Below, piece after piece: positions 52,001 through 64,000 of a DNA stretch of 64,000 bases. Below the pieces are notes generated by a model. It did no database searches and had not been told where the DNA came from. It was given only the letters and a program-made list of their open reading frames with translations. Within the stretch, counting starts at the first letter, position 1. Each line of letters begins with the position of its first letter. Source of the DNA: Balanoglossus misakiensis (taxonomy: Eukaryota > Animalia > Hemichordata); NCBI GenBank assembly GCA_040954595.2, contig CM082583.2:3667060-3731059 (forward strand). Reading direction: 5' to 3'. The translations under genes and the position numbers were made by a program.

Positions 52001-55000
52001 GAGATAATTTAAAATGCTCTTAATTTTCCTGTACCCTTTCCCTAAGCTTGCATGGTCTTGAACAGTATGTCCCACATAAAGTGTGCAATCTATGGCCATT
52101 CCCAGATTGCATTTGGTACCCCTACATATCTCACATTTGACAATAATATCATTATCTGCGTACAGTACTGTTCATGCACATTGCATAATTGGTATTTAAA
52201 CCCCGGTGCAGAAAGTACCAGGGTTCGGATTAACGTGTGTTTGTATAGTTGTTTATTTGGGAGTGGTCGTCGTTCATAATGACTGTGTAATTGATCTCAT
52301 GTACATAGAAAGTAATTGAACACTTTACACCTCTACGCGATTGACAGCTGTTTGAATGGCGTGGTTATTGTTTCCCAGGGACGCTTCTGAAAAGCACTGA
52401 AACCAGATTTCTCCCAAAATCTTCGTTGTTTCAAAAGCTTGTGTACTTTTTCGTCGATAACTTTATGTTGTGTGTGTTTATAAAGCCAAATACTGTCGTT
52501 GTGTGGTGTAATTCTTTATGCTTGGACCTGTTTGGGCCGATTTTCATAGAGCCAAGATCGTTGGTGTTGTCTGTTGTCAGTCAAACGGCATTAAGATTCG
52601 CCACTGATTTGGGGGGCCTTTTACATGTATACCCCGCACCGGGGTTTAACATTCAACCCTAACTGATTCATTTTAATGTAGGGATGTTTGTCTTGACTTT
52701 AAAAATCCGGACAGCCACTTCTGCTGTAAAATGGGCCTATGCATACCAGCATAATGCACCCTGGTACTTAAATCACTGTCAGAAAGAAAATAATGTGTTG
52801 TGGTATCTGTATTCCATCATTAGATACATGGGTACTCTGATGTTAGGTATGACCTGTGAAGATATAAGTGGCTTACTGGATGATAGCATTATTTCTATTG
52901 CTGGTGCTATGATGGAACATGATGGATGGACTGATAGACAAGTACAGTTAACTTTGTACTGTTATATTTGCTCAAACACCATTATCACAAACCTCTTTTA
53001 TCGATACATTTAATTTCCTTCTTTCTCTTAACTTTGTAGAGGAATTGAACCTTACACGATAAAAAAAAGTGACACAAACTTCATTAAAAAAAACAGAATT
53101 CAGAAAAATGTGCATTCTAACTATTTAAAAAAATGATTTTCTAATCAAATGCAGTAGAGTTCTAGAGGTCTTGTTGGGGCAAAAGTTTATTGCCTTGAAT
53201 TTCAAAATACATTTACACCAAACCTTTTCTAATTAAGTTGTGGTAAATGATTGACATTTTTTTGTTCTCCCCCCCCCCCCCCTCCCATATTGTACGCAAT
53301 GAACATATAGCTTCTTTGCTTGGTGGACAAGATCAGGAATGCCTTTTCAAAGAATTTCACAGCAACGTTTTCTGAAAGTGATGTTGTTCAGCTGACGGGA
53401 CAGTTACTCAAGAAATTCACGTAAGTTGGTTCTTGACATCAAGTTTCTTTTTCTGAAAGTAATTTAGAAAAATGTAACTCAATTTCTGGTAATTATGTTT
53501 ATAAGACAATAACAAAATCAGATTTTTTTTTTAAATAGTGGTGGATGACCAAAATTATAATAGAATATACATGATATATTTGTTGCTAGAAAAATGTGTT
53601 AATATTAAATTATCATCCGCAACCTTTTTTTCTAAAAGTCGTTGCATTTGCGGAAAGTTTTGTAATGGGGACGTGCCACATCTTCATCAGTCACGACTTG
53701 ACACAATATGTTTTGTGGTAAATATACTGACCGCAATGCTCAGAATACAATTAACATCTTTATTTTGGGCAATAGTGTCAATTTTCTTATCAGTATGTAT
53801 CATTAGGGTTTGGACATTGCAGGTCTGATACAAGTGATGTCCACAACATTTTGTGACTACAAAGCATTAACTTACAATGGTGTTGCCACTTTTGTCACTG
53901 TGGGTTTTTCTTTACTTGTGTACTTGTGTAGAGTGAGAGAAATAACAAGGATACCAGCAGAGGAACGTGAAATTGCATACACCAGCATAGGACAGGAAGA
54001 ATTACGTGATGTTAGACCCTTAAAAAGGAAGCAGTTAGCAAGACATATGTTGAGAGATAGGGTAGGCAGTCCAGAGTGGAGTTAATAAGCCCCAAAGATC
54101 AGCCACTTTTTGCATTATTTTCATGATTCTACTTTTCTGGAAATAGTACACTGCAATTGTTATATAGACATCTAACATATTGGTAGTTGTTGTAAATATC
54201 AAATTTAAGGAGCTCAAGGATTTCAATTATTGGGCAGTGGTTGCTAAAGCAAGGTGAGAAATCATTGAATATATAATATGCAAAGAAAGACTAGCATGGA
54301 TATCGTTATATCATAAAAATGTTTTTTTTTTTTTTAAATGTCAAATGTCAAAATATTTTGTCAAATAATATATTGTGAATGAAAACATTTTCATGATATT
54401 TTAGAAATGCAAGATTATCTGTATTCTGCTATAGAGTGTCCAGCATTCCCATAGCTGTATCGCTTGGATATTTTTCAGTATTCCCATTCTGTAAAGTAAC
54501 TATAATTTCTTTCTTAATCAAAAGGCATTTAAACATATCATAGAGATTCAAACAAGAAATTGCAGTTGGGGCGATTCAGTACATAACGAATTCAGTTATA
54601 TCAGCTGAATTTACAGCTGATAGGCCTTTACATGTTTTGAATATCGTAAAATATACAGTTCTGAAAGTCTAAAAGAAAAATAGTTTGATTTAACTCAGGC
54701 AGCATGCACATGATGAATTAACTGTTTTAAACCAATTTTGAAGGAGCCAGCTTTATAGGAGCTGGTTTATTAAACACAAACACACTCGTGGAATTATATC
54801 TACTGGAACACTTTTTCAGGGTAAGGACTCTACCGGGAGTGAGGTTGATAGTGAAGATATTGATGTCTTTGGATCTATGATTTGTGATATGGATGCAGAG
54901 GTGACAAGTCGCATGTCAAGTGATGCCTTCAACAATGCCATATACAACATGCATGAATGTTGTTTCACAGCCCTTCAAAGAGCTGCAGTCAGATCACGCA

Positions 55001-58000
55001 TTATTGAAGAAAAGGGGTAGGTAGAAACCATTCACAGCCACCATGAATAAGACTCAAAACGAGGCTACTAGGGAAATCCCTATAGCTTTGCATTCAGTGT
55101 AGATATTTTTCTTGAGTCACCAGTGGGTTTCTTGATTTTGTGACGGGTCATATGGGCTAATGTACGGATATAAAGTCTTGTCAATTCCCAAATTTCTGCT
55201 CAGAATCATGCAAATTTATGCAAAAATTGGGTAAAAATTATTTCCGAAGGTCTGTGAAAATGCATGTCACATGAACCTCAAAACTATCGGTGTGCACTGT
55301 AAATGAGGGCTTTAGGAAAATGTAGCCTTATTGGGGGTTTGTTGGGACTGCAATACTTGGGGTTTGTTAGGACAGAAAAAACTACAATTCGTGAAAGTGC
55401 CTGTTTTGTATGTCACATTCTTAAAACGTCATGTTCTCATATATTCCAGAGCACCAAGCACATGGACTAGCGACCAGCTAACCAGCTTTGGGACACTTAT
55501 GACAGCCTTTGAAGAAAATGAAATTGAGTCAATTGATAAGGTCAGTAATTCTTTAACAATTACTAGTTGGTTTACTTATTCACATAACAAGTATGTACCG
55601 TACCGGTAATGTTTATGCACATACCAGTATAATAGTGAAATAAATTTGGCTAATTAAAACTTATGTAAAAGTGATGATTTAGCGTGGTTTATAAATTGCT
55701 TCCAATTCTCTATTAGTGTGAAATGACAATCAAAAATTTCTGCCATTATTATAGAACACCAACAGATGTTTTCTAAAACTAACTTACATTCATTTGTTAT
55801 TTCTTTAGGATGAATTTTCTACTGTAGCTGAGGAAATTATGCATGACTTTGGTGACTTTTTGGAGAATAAAGATGATTGTGCAAGAGATACCAGTCCAGA
55901 AAACATAGCTGTAATTGATGAAGGGTTCAAAACGGTTGCTATATCGGCTAAAGATGCCCTGGTGGCTGCAGCTGAGAGTTCAAGACGAAAACGAGGTATG
56001 CTTGTCTTTAGTACCTGCGGACAAAGATTGTAATCCATGGATTGCTATTATAAAATATTATAGACTAGTGGCTTCCAACATAGTCATTTGAAAGGTTTTC
56101 ACTTGCAAATTGTTAGTGATCTAAATTGGACAAATTTGTTGAAATTGTGAGGAATTTTGCACTCTCTTTTTACTGCATTGGAAATTTGCCTTTTCAGGTC
56201 TTCTGTCAAGTTTGTTTAAGAAAAGCGTACAACTGTAATACTCTGAAGCAGTATACCTTGTTTATAATGCAAAGTATCTCAGCAGAGCTGTATTGGCCAC
56301 TTAGCCGCTTGTTTGAAATTGCCTTGTCCACAAATTATCACAACCCGTTTTGACTTTGATGTTTTTTCATGTCTTACTCCAGCAACATATTCTCCAACCT
56401 GTGATGAGATTGAAATATTGGGAGAAGGTAATGTCGCATGGACAGTTGAAGAACTAGCAGCCATGGAAACTGTGGAATTTGATGATTGTGTAGAAACTCT
56501 TGGACAAATAGAAAGTTTTACTGCAGAACAACTGGATGTGTTGTTACAGAAAGCAACAGAGGTAACAGTACAATTATATTTTTCTGGGAATCATTTGAAA
56601 CATGAAATGATGTGTATCAATGCTTTAGTACATTAAATCAGATGTAGTAACACTTAAAATATTTAAGATGCGCTGCGAAAATCAAAGCCATATTTTGGTA
56701 ACTTAGGATTATTTTTTCCTGAAATGAAAGTTTGTGATTACAGCAAAATTAACAAGATATTTTTGTGGATATAGACAAAAACACATTCTTGGAAAACAAA
56801 TCAATTGCTTTGAATTTTGGGTTGCAGGTTTCTGGGGATGTTCCCCAGATTTATTCACCCATTTTTCAATAACACATAAATATTCTAAGGCACTCTGGTG
56901 GATTGGTATAAGACCAAAATATCATTAATGAAATATATGAGACATGAATTAAGAAATTCTGATCAAATGGGAGCACAGTGTCTGGACACTAGTTTTACCT
57001 TTGCAATATTTGACTTCGTCTTATACAGAACATCTAAGAAAATAAAATGTGTGTGACATTTGCAACAATCAAAGTTGAATTATTGCATTATCAAGTACTA
57101 CTGCTTTCCCAAACAATGTTTTGTTTGCATTAAAGTACATGAGACTAAATTTCTGGCGTGACAGTAGGTGCCGTGATCTGAAGATTTTGGTGTCAGTGCA
57201 TAATTAAACTTTACCTGCATCTCATTGCATCTAGACATGGGGAGAAGCTGATGAGATGAGTCCAACTGAAATACAGCAACTTGGTAGGATTGCCAGCAGA
57301 TTCAGCATTTCTGATATTGGCAAGTTGAACCTGACAGACAATGATGCTGTGTATGCTATAGCTGTTTATGACATCTGGACACCTGAACAGGTTGGTTTAT
57401 AACAGTTGCCTTTAAACTGTATTTTTGATTTGCTATGAAATGCACCTGTATGCACAACAATTAACAGGTCATAATTACTTCATGAAATGAATTAAAATAA
57501 AATTAGTGTTCTTGGGTTTAATTTCATTTTAGATGGTGCAATGTTTCCCAGAGCATGTTTTTCAAACCAGTATTCCCACACTGTCACAGGAAACAATGTG
57601 GAAACCCCAAAAACCAAAACCAGAAAATGATTCTCTCCACGTAACTGACATGTTATAGTTATAATGATGGTGACCTACTGGGGCATTCTGTAGTTTTTGA
57701 CCATGTGTATATACCGGCTGGTATTATAGTTAGTTTAGGATAAATATAAAAGACATATTTTCATTCCCTTTTTTTGTAGCTTACTGCAGCCTTTGACCGG
57801 TACTACACTTTGAATGCCGTTCAATTGTCCACAATGGAAGCTTCCACCCTGGTAGCATTGGCAAATTTTGTTTGTGGTATGACAGCCTCCCAGATTGATT
57901 CTTTGCCATTCAGCAGCTATGGGTAAGCTATATGTGCATCTACCTGTACAGTGCTGATGTAATGAAACAATAGTAAAATGCTGAGCATTCTACAGACATG

Positions 58001-59868
58001 CGTCTTCCTAGTGAGTTCATCACAACTCAAGTTTCAACCCAAAGGAATTACAAAAATGTTTTTAAAAAAAATCAGACTTAATTATGATGTCAATCATGAC
58101 GTCGATAATAGATCAGTAAAATTGAATATCTGTCTTCTTACATAATAGAGATGCAGCATCTGTCATAGGTGATTTGGTTAGCTGTGATTCCACCCAGTGG
58201 GCTGCTTTCAAGAACCATGCTATTGCAGTGTATGGTGCAATCAGCACTTGGGAACCTGATGTATATGCTGAAATCGGCTCAGTTATTGGTAAGATCTCAA
58301 ATTATTCATTTTGAATGCAAGTTAAACATGCCCATAGCTACATTTGCATATTTTGGTACAAAGGTATCATTTGAGCAAAACCCTTAGGTGGTACAGACCA
58401 GGGTATATAATTATACACACCAAATGCAGTTTGGGAGGCAAACAGTTTCCATCCACATGCAAACGTAAAAGTAACTCTTTTAGCCAGCAGTACGGTACAT
58501 ATTGCTTGGTAAAATCAATACAAGAAAAGTGGAGTTTGGAAATAGAAGACAGTCGATGAACACGGCCCGATGACTTGCTATAATAAAGTGATCCTTAGTA
58601 CCTTCCATCTGTCTCACTTGAGAGCAGTGAATTTAATCTTTACATTTTGTCTACTAAATGCTTGCTTCAATTTACTTTCATTTCAGCTGGTTTCACAGTG
58701 GATGATTTAGGCAATATTGACAACAACACCTTAGCTGGTGTCAGATCTTCTGCAATAACTTTGATTCCAGCTGATACATTTGCTGTGAGTATATCCACAT
58801 GCAGTCTGGAGGGACTGTGGTATATCCAATACAATGTGACTTTTTTTATCAGTTCTAATACTAGCTGTAGGCATTGTATATATGAAAAAATCAATGAAAT
58901 GAGCAAGTATCACATGTTTTAAAGGGGCAGAGTTACTAACATTAGATATACCAAGATAATTTTTCAAAAATTTTCGATCACAGGCTAATGATTATCTAAT
59001 GATATCCAATATGGTGGCCATAACATTGAAATTCTTTTTTGACAGGATGGCTTTAGTGCTGCAGTCTTGCAGTCCTTTGATTCAGAGCAAGCTGATGCAG
59101 TGAGTGAGCTTCAGAGGGCAGCCTTGTCAAGTGAACAATTAGCAGCACTTACAAAGTCAGAGTATGGAGAAGAATATATCACAACTGATAGCCCTGTAAC
59201 GAGTGGAGCAGGTAAAGTATTCATTGCATTTTGTCATTTTACAACTATGATTTCGCATTTCTCTGTCTAAATCTATCGTCCTTTTCATGTTCCGGTACAT
59301 GTACTACACAATAATTGTCTTCAGCTTGATTTATGTAATATGTCAGGCATATCCATTTTTGTTAGCCCCCATGCAAACAAAGGGGAAGGGTTGGGGATTT
59401 AAAGGTATACAGTCACCTCCAATTTACATACGCCCATATATGGCTCACATAATGGCGTATTTGAGGGTTCTAAAGAACATATGGTGGCGTTCTTTTTTCA
59501 CGTGTGCCACCCACTGAAAATCCGTGATTGGCTAGATCTCAAGTTTACCATGGTATTTTTAGCCAAATTTGCATAAGTGACCGTATACATTTAACAGGAT
59601 TCAAACCCAGATCTAAACAACACCAATTCATATGTCAAGTCCACACTCAAAACCACACGATTTCTTCAGACTTCAAGTAATTTCTGACAGTAAAATCATC
59701 AAGATGAATCTTTGGATTGGTTATACTTTCTGTGTGGGAGTTAATGTCCTTTTTACGTATTTTTTTTTTTTAACAGTTGAAATAAAATCACCAGGTGACA
59801 TCAGCTTCCTATTCGTGATCATTCTGACAACGCTGACCATTTTGAAGAAACATATTGGAATGTTTTAA
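43039..59868 (+). CDS. OTOA: Otoancorin/stereocilin/mesothelin-family protein, ~1270 aa, with signal peptide and GPI-like C-terminus
   Basis: About 28 GT-AG exons start at 43039 (MMWWSLFVVCLFSHILLSRAS), 43648, 44161, 44778, 45024, 46155, ~47471, ~47653, 48003, 48835, 49343, 49960, 50636, 51164, 51758, 52824, 53311, 53931, 54820, 55450, 55809, 56383, 57235, 57780, ~58149, 58687, 59046 and 59777. Family motifs include PTCDEIEILGEGNVAWTVEELAAM...EFDDCVETLG, WGEADEM...LGRIA, ALANFVCGM, VYGAISTW...AEIG and QADAVSELQRAALSSEQLAAL, followed by a hydrophobic tail FLFVIILTTLTIL. Orthology to OTOA versus STRC is not established. Confidence 0.85.
46397..46716. mobile_element. Intronic MITE-like element with imperfect TIRs
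   Basis: aagagggtgcccttgccttccaaaacatggcgtcat (~46409) matches the reverse complement of atgatgcaatgttttggaagggcggcgccctctt (~46668-46702). Confidence 0.55.
52196..52649. mobile_element. Intronic MITE with short TIRs
   Basis: Ends ttaaaccccggtgc ... gcaccggggtttaa form a 14-bp perfect inverted pair including TTAA. Confidence 0.7.
59403..59590. mobile_element. Short TTAA-flanked MITE (Kolobok-like), copy 2, opposite orientation to 35439-35612
   Basis: Junctions ttaa|aggtatacagtcacctccaatttacat ... gtgaccgtatacat|ttaa; the internal sequence is the reverse complement of copy 1. Confidence 0.85.
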
Positions 59869-61118
59869 AGTGTTACAACTTGACAGATTTCTAAACAGTG
59901 TATTTTGATAGCTCACTGAATTTGTTAACTTATAATGTTATGTTTTGTTTTTGCATTGTATTTTGATGGTATATATAACTAAATTTTCATCATGAAATGT
60001 TACTTTGTCTTTACAGTCTGTGTATTTTAGTGATATTTCACTGCATTAAACTGAGGTGTTATATGTTTTGCAAAGGTTGTACCAGTAGTTATGTTTCACT
60101 GATTTTGTACCTCATAATGGTTTCTGTGTGTGTGTGGTGTGTGTGTGTGTCTCCATATGTGTTAACATAATGACTCAGCTGCTGAACGGGTAATGAGAGG
60201 TGACTTCCTCTATCGATCCATGGCATCTGCACACGTGTCTGCAACAGATTTAAGAACGTACCACCGGTGGTAACGCGATCGTGGTATATTTATATCCATA
60301 AAACCTACTCTCTATAAATTATTATTTCATGATTACAAACAGGTACTCCAAATCTCGAATCTTTTGCAAATGAGCCCCCCTCTCCAATGCTAGAAGACAT
60401 CTCTAAGTTAATTTGGAACGGTTAAATATTATTTCCCCTCATTGTATCTGTTAGTTTTCACGCGCAGTGTATGCCAGAATACGGAAGTTAAATTATTTCG
60501 ACAGCATAATACCATAACCAACATACTTCTCCATGGTCTATTGAAGTTTCAACTACCCCGATCCCTGTAAATACGTCAAATGTCATATCGATCGCCATCA
60601 GTGTAAATTTCGAATTATGTATTAACAGTATTGTCTCACTTTGTCCAGACAAACATTTATATGCAAGTTGTGTTCATTGTCGTCAGAACGAGTGAGAAAC
60701 AGGACGAAATTTGAACTAAACATCTCGGGTGAATGCCCAATGTTGACGAATTTCAGCGTTCAAGTATTACAATAACATCATTTACATATGCTCCATATGG
60801 TTGATTTTGTGCGTCCGAGTCTCCAACTCAGCATATGGTATAACAGGTGTTCTCGCGTGGCCACCCAGTGAAACTCCGTGATTGGCTAATTCACCATGCC
60901 TCTATTACAGACTGTGGCTAGATATTCATTTCCATACGCTAAGCAGTCGTGGCTAAATAGGAAAGTTGACGAATGAATTTCAACAAGTTACAAACATTAT
61001 CCAAAAACTGGCAATTGTAAACGTGTTATATTTTTGGTAACAAGATTTTGAGACACGTCAGCTGTGTTGCTCGCAGTAATCATACCCATGTTTGCATTTC
61101 TTTTCGCCATTGTATATT

Positions 61119-61380
61119 CATAGGGTGTAAATTGGTTTCTATTGTCATTTAATGACATTTAATAGGTGTGTGGTGTTTATAAACCACCCTAATAACATAA
61201 GTATTCCTAAAAAACATAATGGGGTTGTAGTTTTATATCATAATTATTCAATTCAGGTTTTTGGTTCTCTGATTACCAATACCCACACTTGCTTTTTTTA
61301 CATTCATAAGGGAGTCTACTTATACCATGCTCTGTGCAGACTTGTCTGAACTATTTTACATTCACTTGGCTAATTTAATA
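61119..61380. repeat. Direct repeat A, downstream of the SUEL-lectin gene
   Basis: catagggtgtaaattggtttcta...tttataaacca.cctaa.aacataagt...ccatgctctgtgcagac.tgtctga.ctattttacattcacttggctaat matches 63555-63841. Confidence 0.9.
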
Positions 61381-61660
61381 AAAGTACCAGGTATGCATAA
61401 CTTTTTAATGATCCCCGCTGATCAAAGAACTAACTGCAATCGCAAAATCTTCATATCAAACTGCTCATGCCTTCTTGTCCACTAAGAGATTCGTGTAATA
61501 AGCAGACTGTACATAGTTTAGTGTTTCATCTGTGCGCAGACTCAAACTTTATTGTAAGTTAACTTATATTTTGCCCAGTCAATGGAATACGAATTTAACT
61601 ATACCAACACCAGAACCGAATTCTCCTGCTTCCGGTTGAGTTCTCGGGGAAATAGACACT

Positions 61661-63033
61661 TCAATTGCAGATAACACCTATAGGTGGAGAGCAGAAGAAG
61701 AAAATTAAAAGATCACATACGATTACATTTAAAATTACTCGGTGTGTACTTTATACAGTGAAATGAATGACGTTCTATCCTCAATATTCTGCTACATAGC
61801 ATGTAAACGCTCATAAGAGCAACACAACACAATATAATGCAAACAATGATAAATTGTCGGAATTCATGATAAACTCACATTCATAATCGACATCCAGGTA
61901 TTTGTCGACGTAAGGGCATGGATCTCCGAACGTATTGTCGAAGTCTTCCACTATACAAGTTACCTGTCCTTCGCACATTTCCCTGACGATTTCAACACTC
62001 CTGCTGGCCTTGCAATCACTGACAAAGGTGATTCCACATACCGCCCATTCCGTACGACCATAGTTTGCAGACTTGATCCTAATTACACCTTGGTCTGTGC
62101 AAACCAACCAAAGTTGCATCCACTTGCAAGCCCGTTCGAAGCGCTGGGTTACGGATTTGTCTGTGTGGATGAATAGAACGAAGATTTCTTGTATTTAATG
62201 ACTAAGTCAAGGTTCCTTACACCTAACCCAGGACACTTAAACTGATGTCTCTTACTTCACCGTAGTGTAAACTCATTCATATACCTTTTATATGCCTTCA
62301 ATTATATGAAGTGGCTAAACAATTGCTAATATCCAAACAAAAACAGTGATAGGCGAATGGATGAATCCATGATTTGTAACTTACGTACATGTAGTTTGAT
62401 GTGTTGGTTAATATATGTATGTGCAATGTGTGCATACATTTGGTGGGCCACCTCGCAGGTGGGTCGAAAAGCAACCAGGAAGGGATTATATTCATTTCGA
62501 TGAAAGAAACTACCCATTATAGCTGTGAAAAACTTGATCTGGGGATGTACGTGTACTCAAGTAAGTTAACGACCAATTTGCAGCAGAAACATTTAGTCAT
62601 AACACAAATGAGAGCAAGACAAAATGCAAAATGGAACATAACGATAAAGAATTTCATAATTCACCAAGACGCTGTGTCAGGTCAGGTAACAAAGGCGGAT
62701 CGTTCCGATCCGTATATGATGTAAATAGAATAATAGTAAATGTTTACCTCCGTCTTCGCACACCGTTCTTTCTGTAATGCAAAATTGAAGTGTTCATGTA
62801 AAACAGTTTCCTTTACCGGATATTATTTCTCAGGACGTGTGACACGTACTGATCTTACTGACATGACCTGAAATCTGCCAAGGGGTTTCTAGCCGTTTGT
62901 GTCTGCAAATGTCTCAATATGCCCCGCCCCACCCATAAAATCATGGTTTGAATGACCACTTACCTAAATTAGAAGACAACGCAAATCCAACGACAACTTG
63001 AAGAATGAATAATATTATGATAGTAGTTTTCAT
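61661..63033 (-). CDS. Secreted single-domain SUEL / rhamnose-binding-type (Gal_Lectin) lectin, 130 aa
   Basis: Exons: 63033-62964 (MKTTIIILFILQVVVGFALSSNL), 62771-62748 (ERTVCEDG), 62160-61879 (...ACKWMQLWLVC...IRIKSANYGR...C...C...SVEIVREMCEGQVTC...NTFGDPCPYVDKYLDVDYE) and 61677-61661 (CVICN*). ANYGR and FGDPC...KYL are SUEL/RBL signatures. Confidence 0.92.
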
Positions 63034-63554
63034 GGCTGCAAGTGACAAAATGACAATTGTATAAAAAGACCACGATTTGTCTGTTTGTTGTTACGGTAGT
63101 TTATCTTGGATGAACTATCAAACATTTTACGCATCTTTATGATGGATTTTAAAAAAATACTGTAATTATCGACTTTTCATGCTACACGCAAGGAAAGAGC
63201 ACCATCCAAAATATCAGAGGTTGTTAAAACATTCATTATACCTAGTAACACTTATGGTAATACTATGGTAAAGTAAAGAGGTATGTTTCTCTGAAAAAAA
63301 AACTTGCCTGCAGATTGTCCGGATGTGATTTTCAGCACAGTCACAGCACAGCGTCAGATAAGCTGTGCAGCTGATGGAGATATCTATTTAACGAGTCGGT
63401 TTCACAATTGTCGCCCATGCTGACTTTGTTACAACATGAAATCTACCCCATCACAATCATCATAATCGTTCTACTACATCATCATCATCGTCATCATCAT
63501 CCATATATATTTTTTTCGAGGTAATTTCAAGCAACGTGCTGTGATTGATTACGT

Positions 63555-63841
63555 CATAGGGTGTAAATTGGTTTCTAGTCATTTAACGTCCTTAATGGGA
63601 GCGTCGTGTTTATAAACCATCCTAAATAACATAAGTTTACCTAAAAGGACAAAGCAACTATTGGGGTTTGATATTTTAGGTATACTTAATTCAGGATTAT
63701 TATTTTCTCTTAATACCCCAATTACCCTCATCCACGCTTGCGTTATTTCGCATTCATATTTAATGACATTTGGGAGTCTAATTTTACCATGCTCTGTGCA
63801 GACATGTCTGAGCTATTTTACATTCACTTGGCTAATGTAAT
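63555..63841. repeat. Direct repeat B, upstream of the SUEL-lectin gene
   Basis: Diverged copy of 61119-61380 in the same orientation, 2.44 kb away. Confidence 0.9.
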
Positions 63842-64000
63842 CATAAACGGGGGTGGGGGGGGGTCCATCTATTTTATTTATTCAGGTAATTTTAACGTTG
63901 TAACGCCAACACTAATATGTTAAACAGAACTCACGGGGACGCTGACATCATTGCTAATACTATCAGCTCGGGAGCACACAAGTCATATAGATAAAACACT

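Overview
This is intron-rich, AT-rich animal genomic DNA. The repeat families and gene content suggest a marine invertebrate deuterostome such as a hemichordate or amphioxus, which is an inference. The ORF track is mostly noise, so genes were reconstructed by hand from GT-AG junctions and reading phase. Four genes can be assembled. (1) A 13-coding-exon minus-strand gene (21433-28432) encodes a ~1316-aa secreted protein. It has six tandem ~200-aa domains, each made of five ~40-aa tachylectin/tectonin-like blades with vicinal Cys-Cys motifs, and a decayed inverted exon copy lies at ~19600-20015. (2) A minus-strand type II membrane coiled-coil gene of unknown family (exons 37364 to 18035) appears to carry gene 1 on the same strand inside its 14.8-kb intron. 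(3) A ~28-exon plus-strand otoancorin/stereocilin/mesothelin-family gene (43039-59868) has an internal RRKR site and a GPI-like tail. (4) A 4-exon minus-strand SUEL/rhamnose-binding-type lectin (61661-63033) has an atypical binding motif and is flanked by direct repeats. The first 16 kb is mostly a transposon graveyard (hAT transposase relic, RTE LINE 3' end, satellites), and several intact MITEs with target-site duplications occur further on. The best candidate for an undescribed system is the nested, exon-modular, gene-converted six-propeller lectin-like locus.
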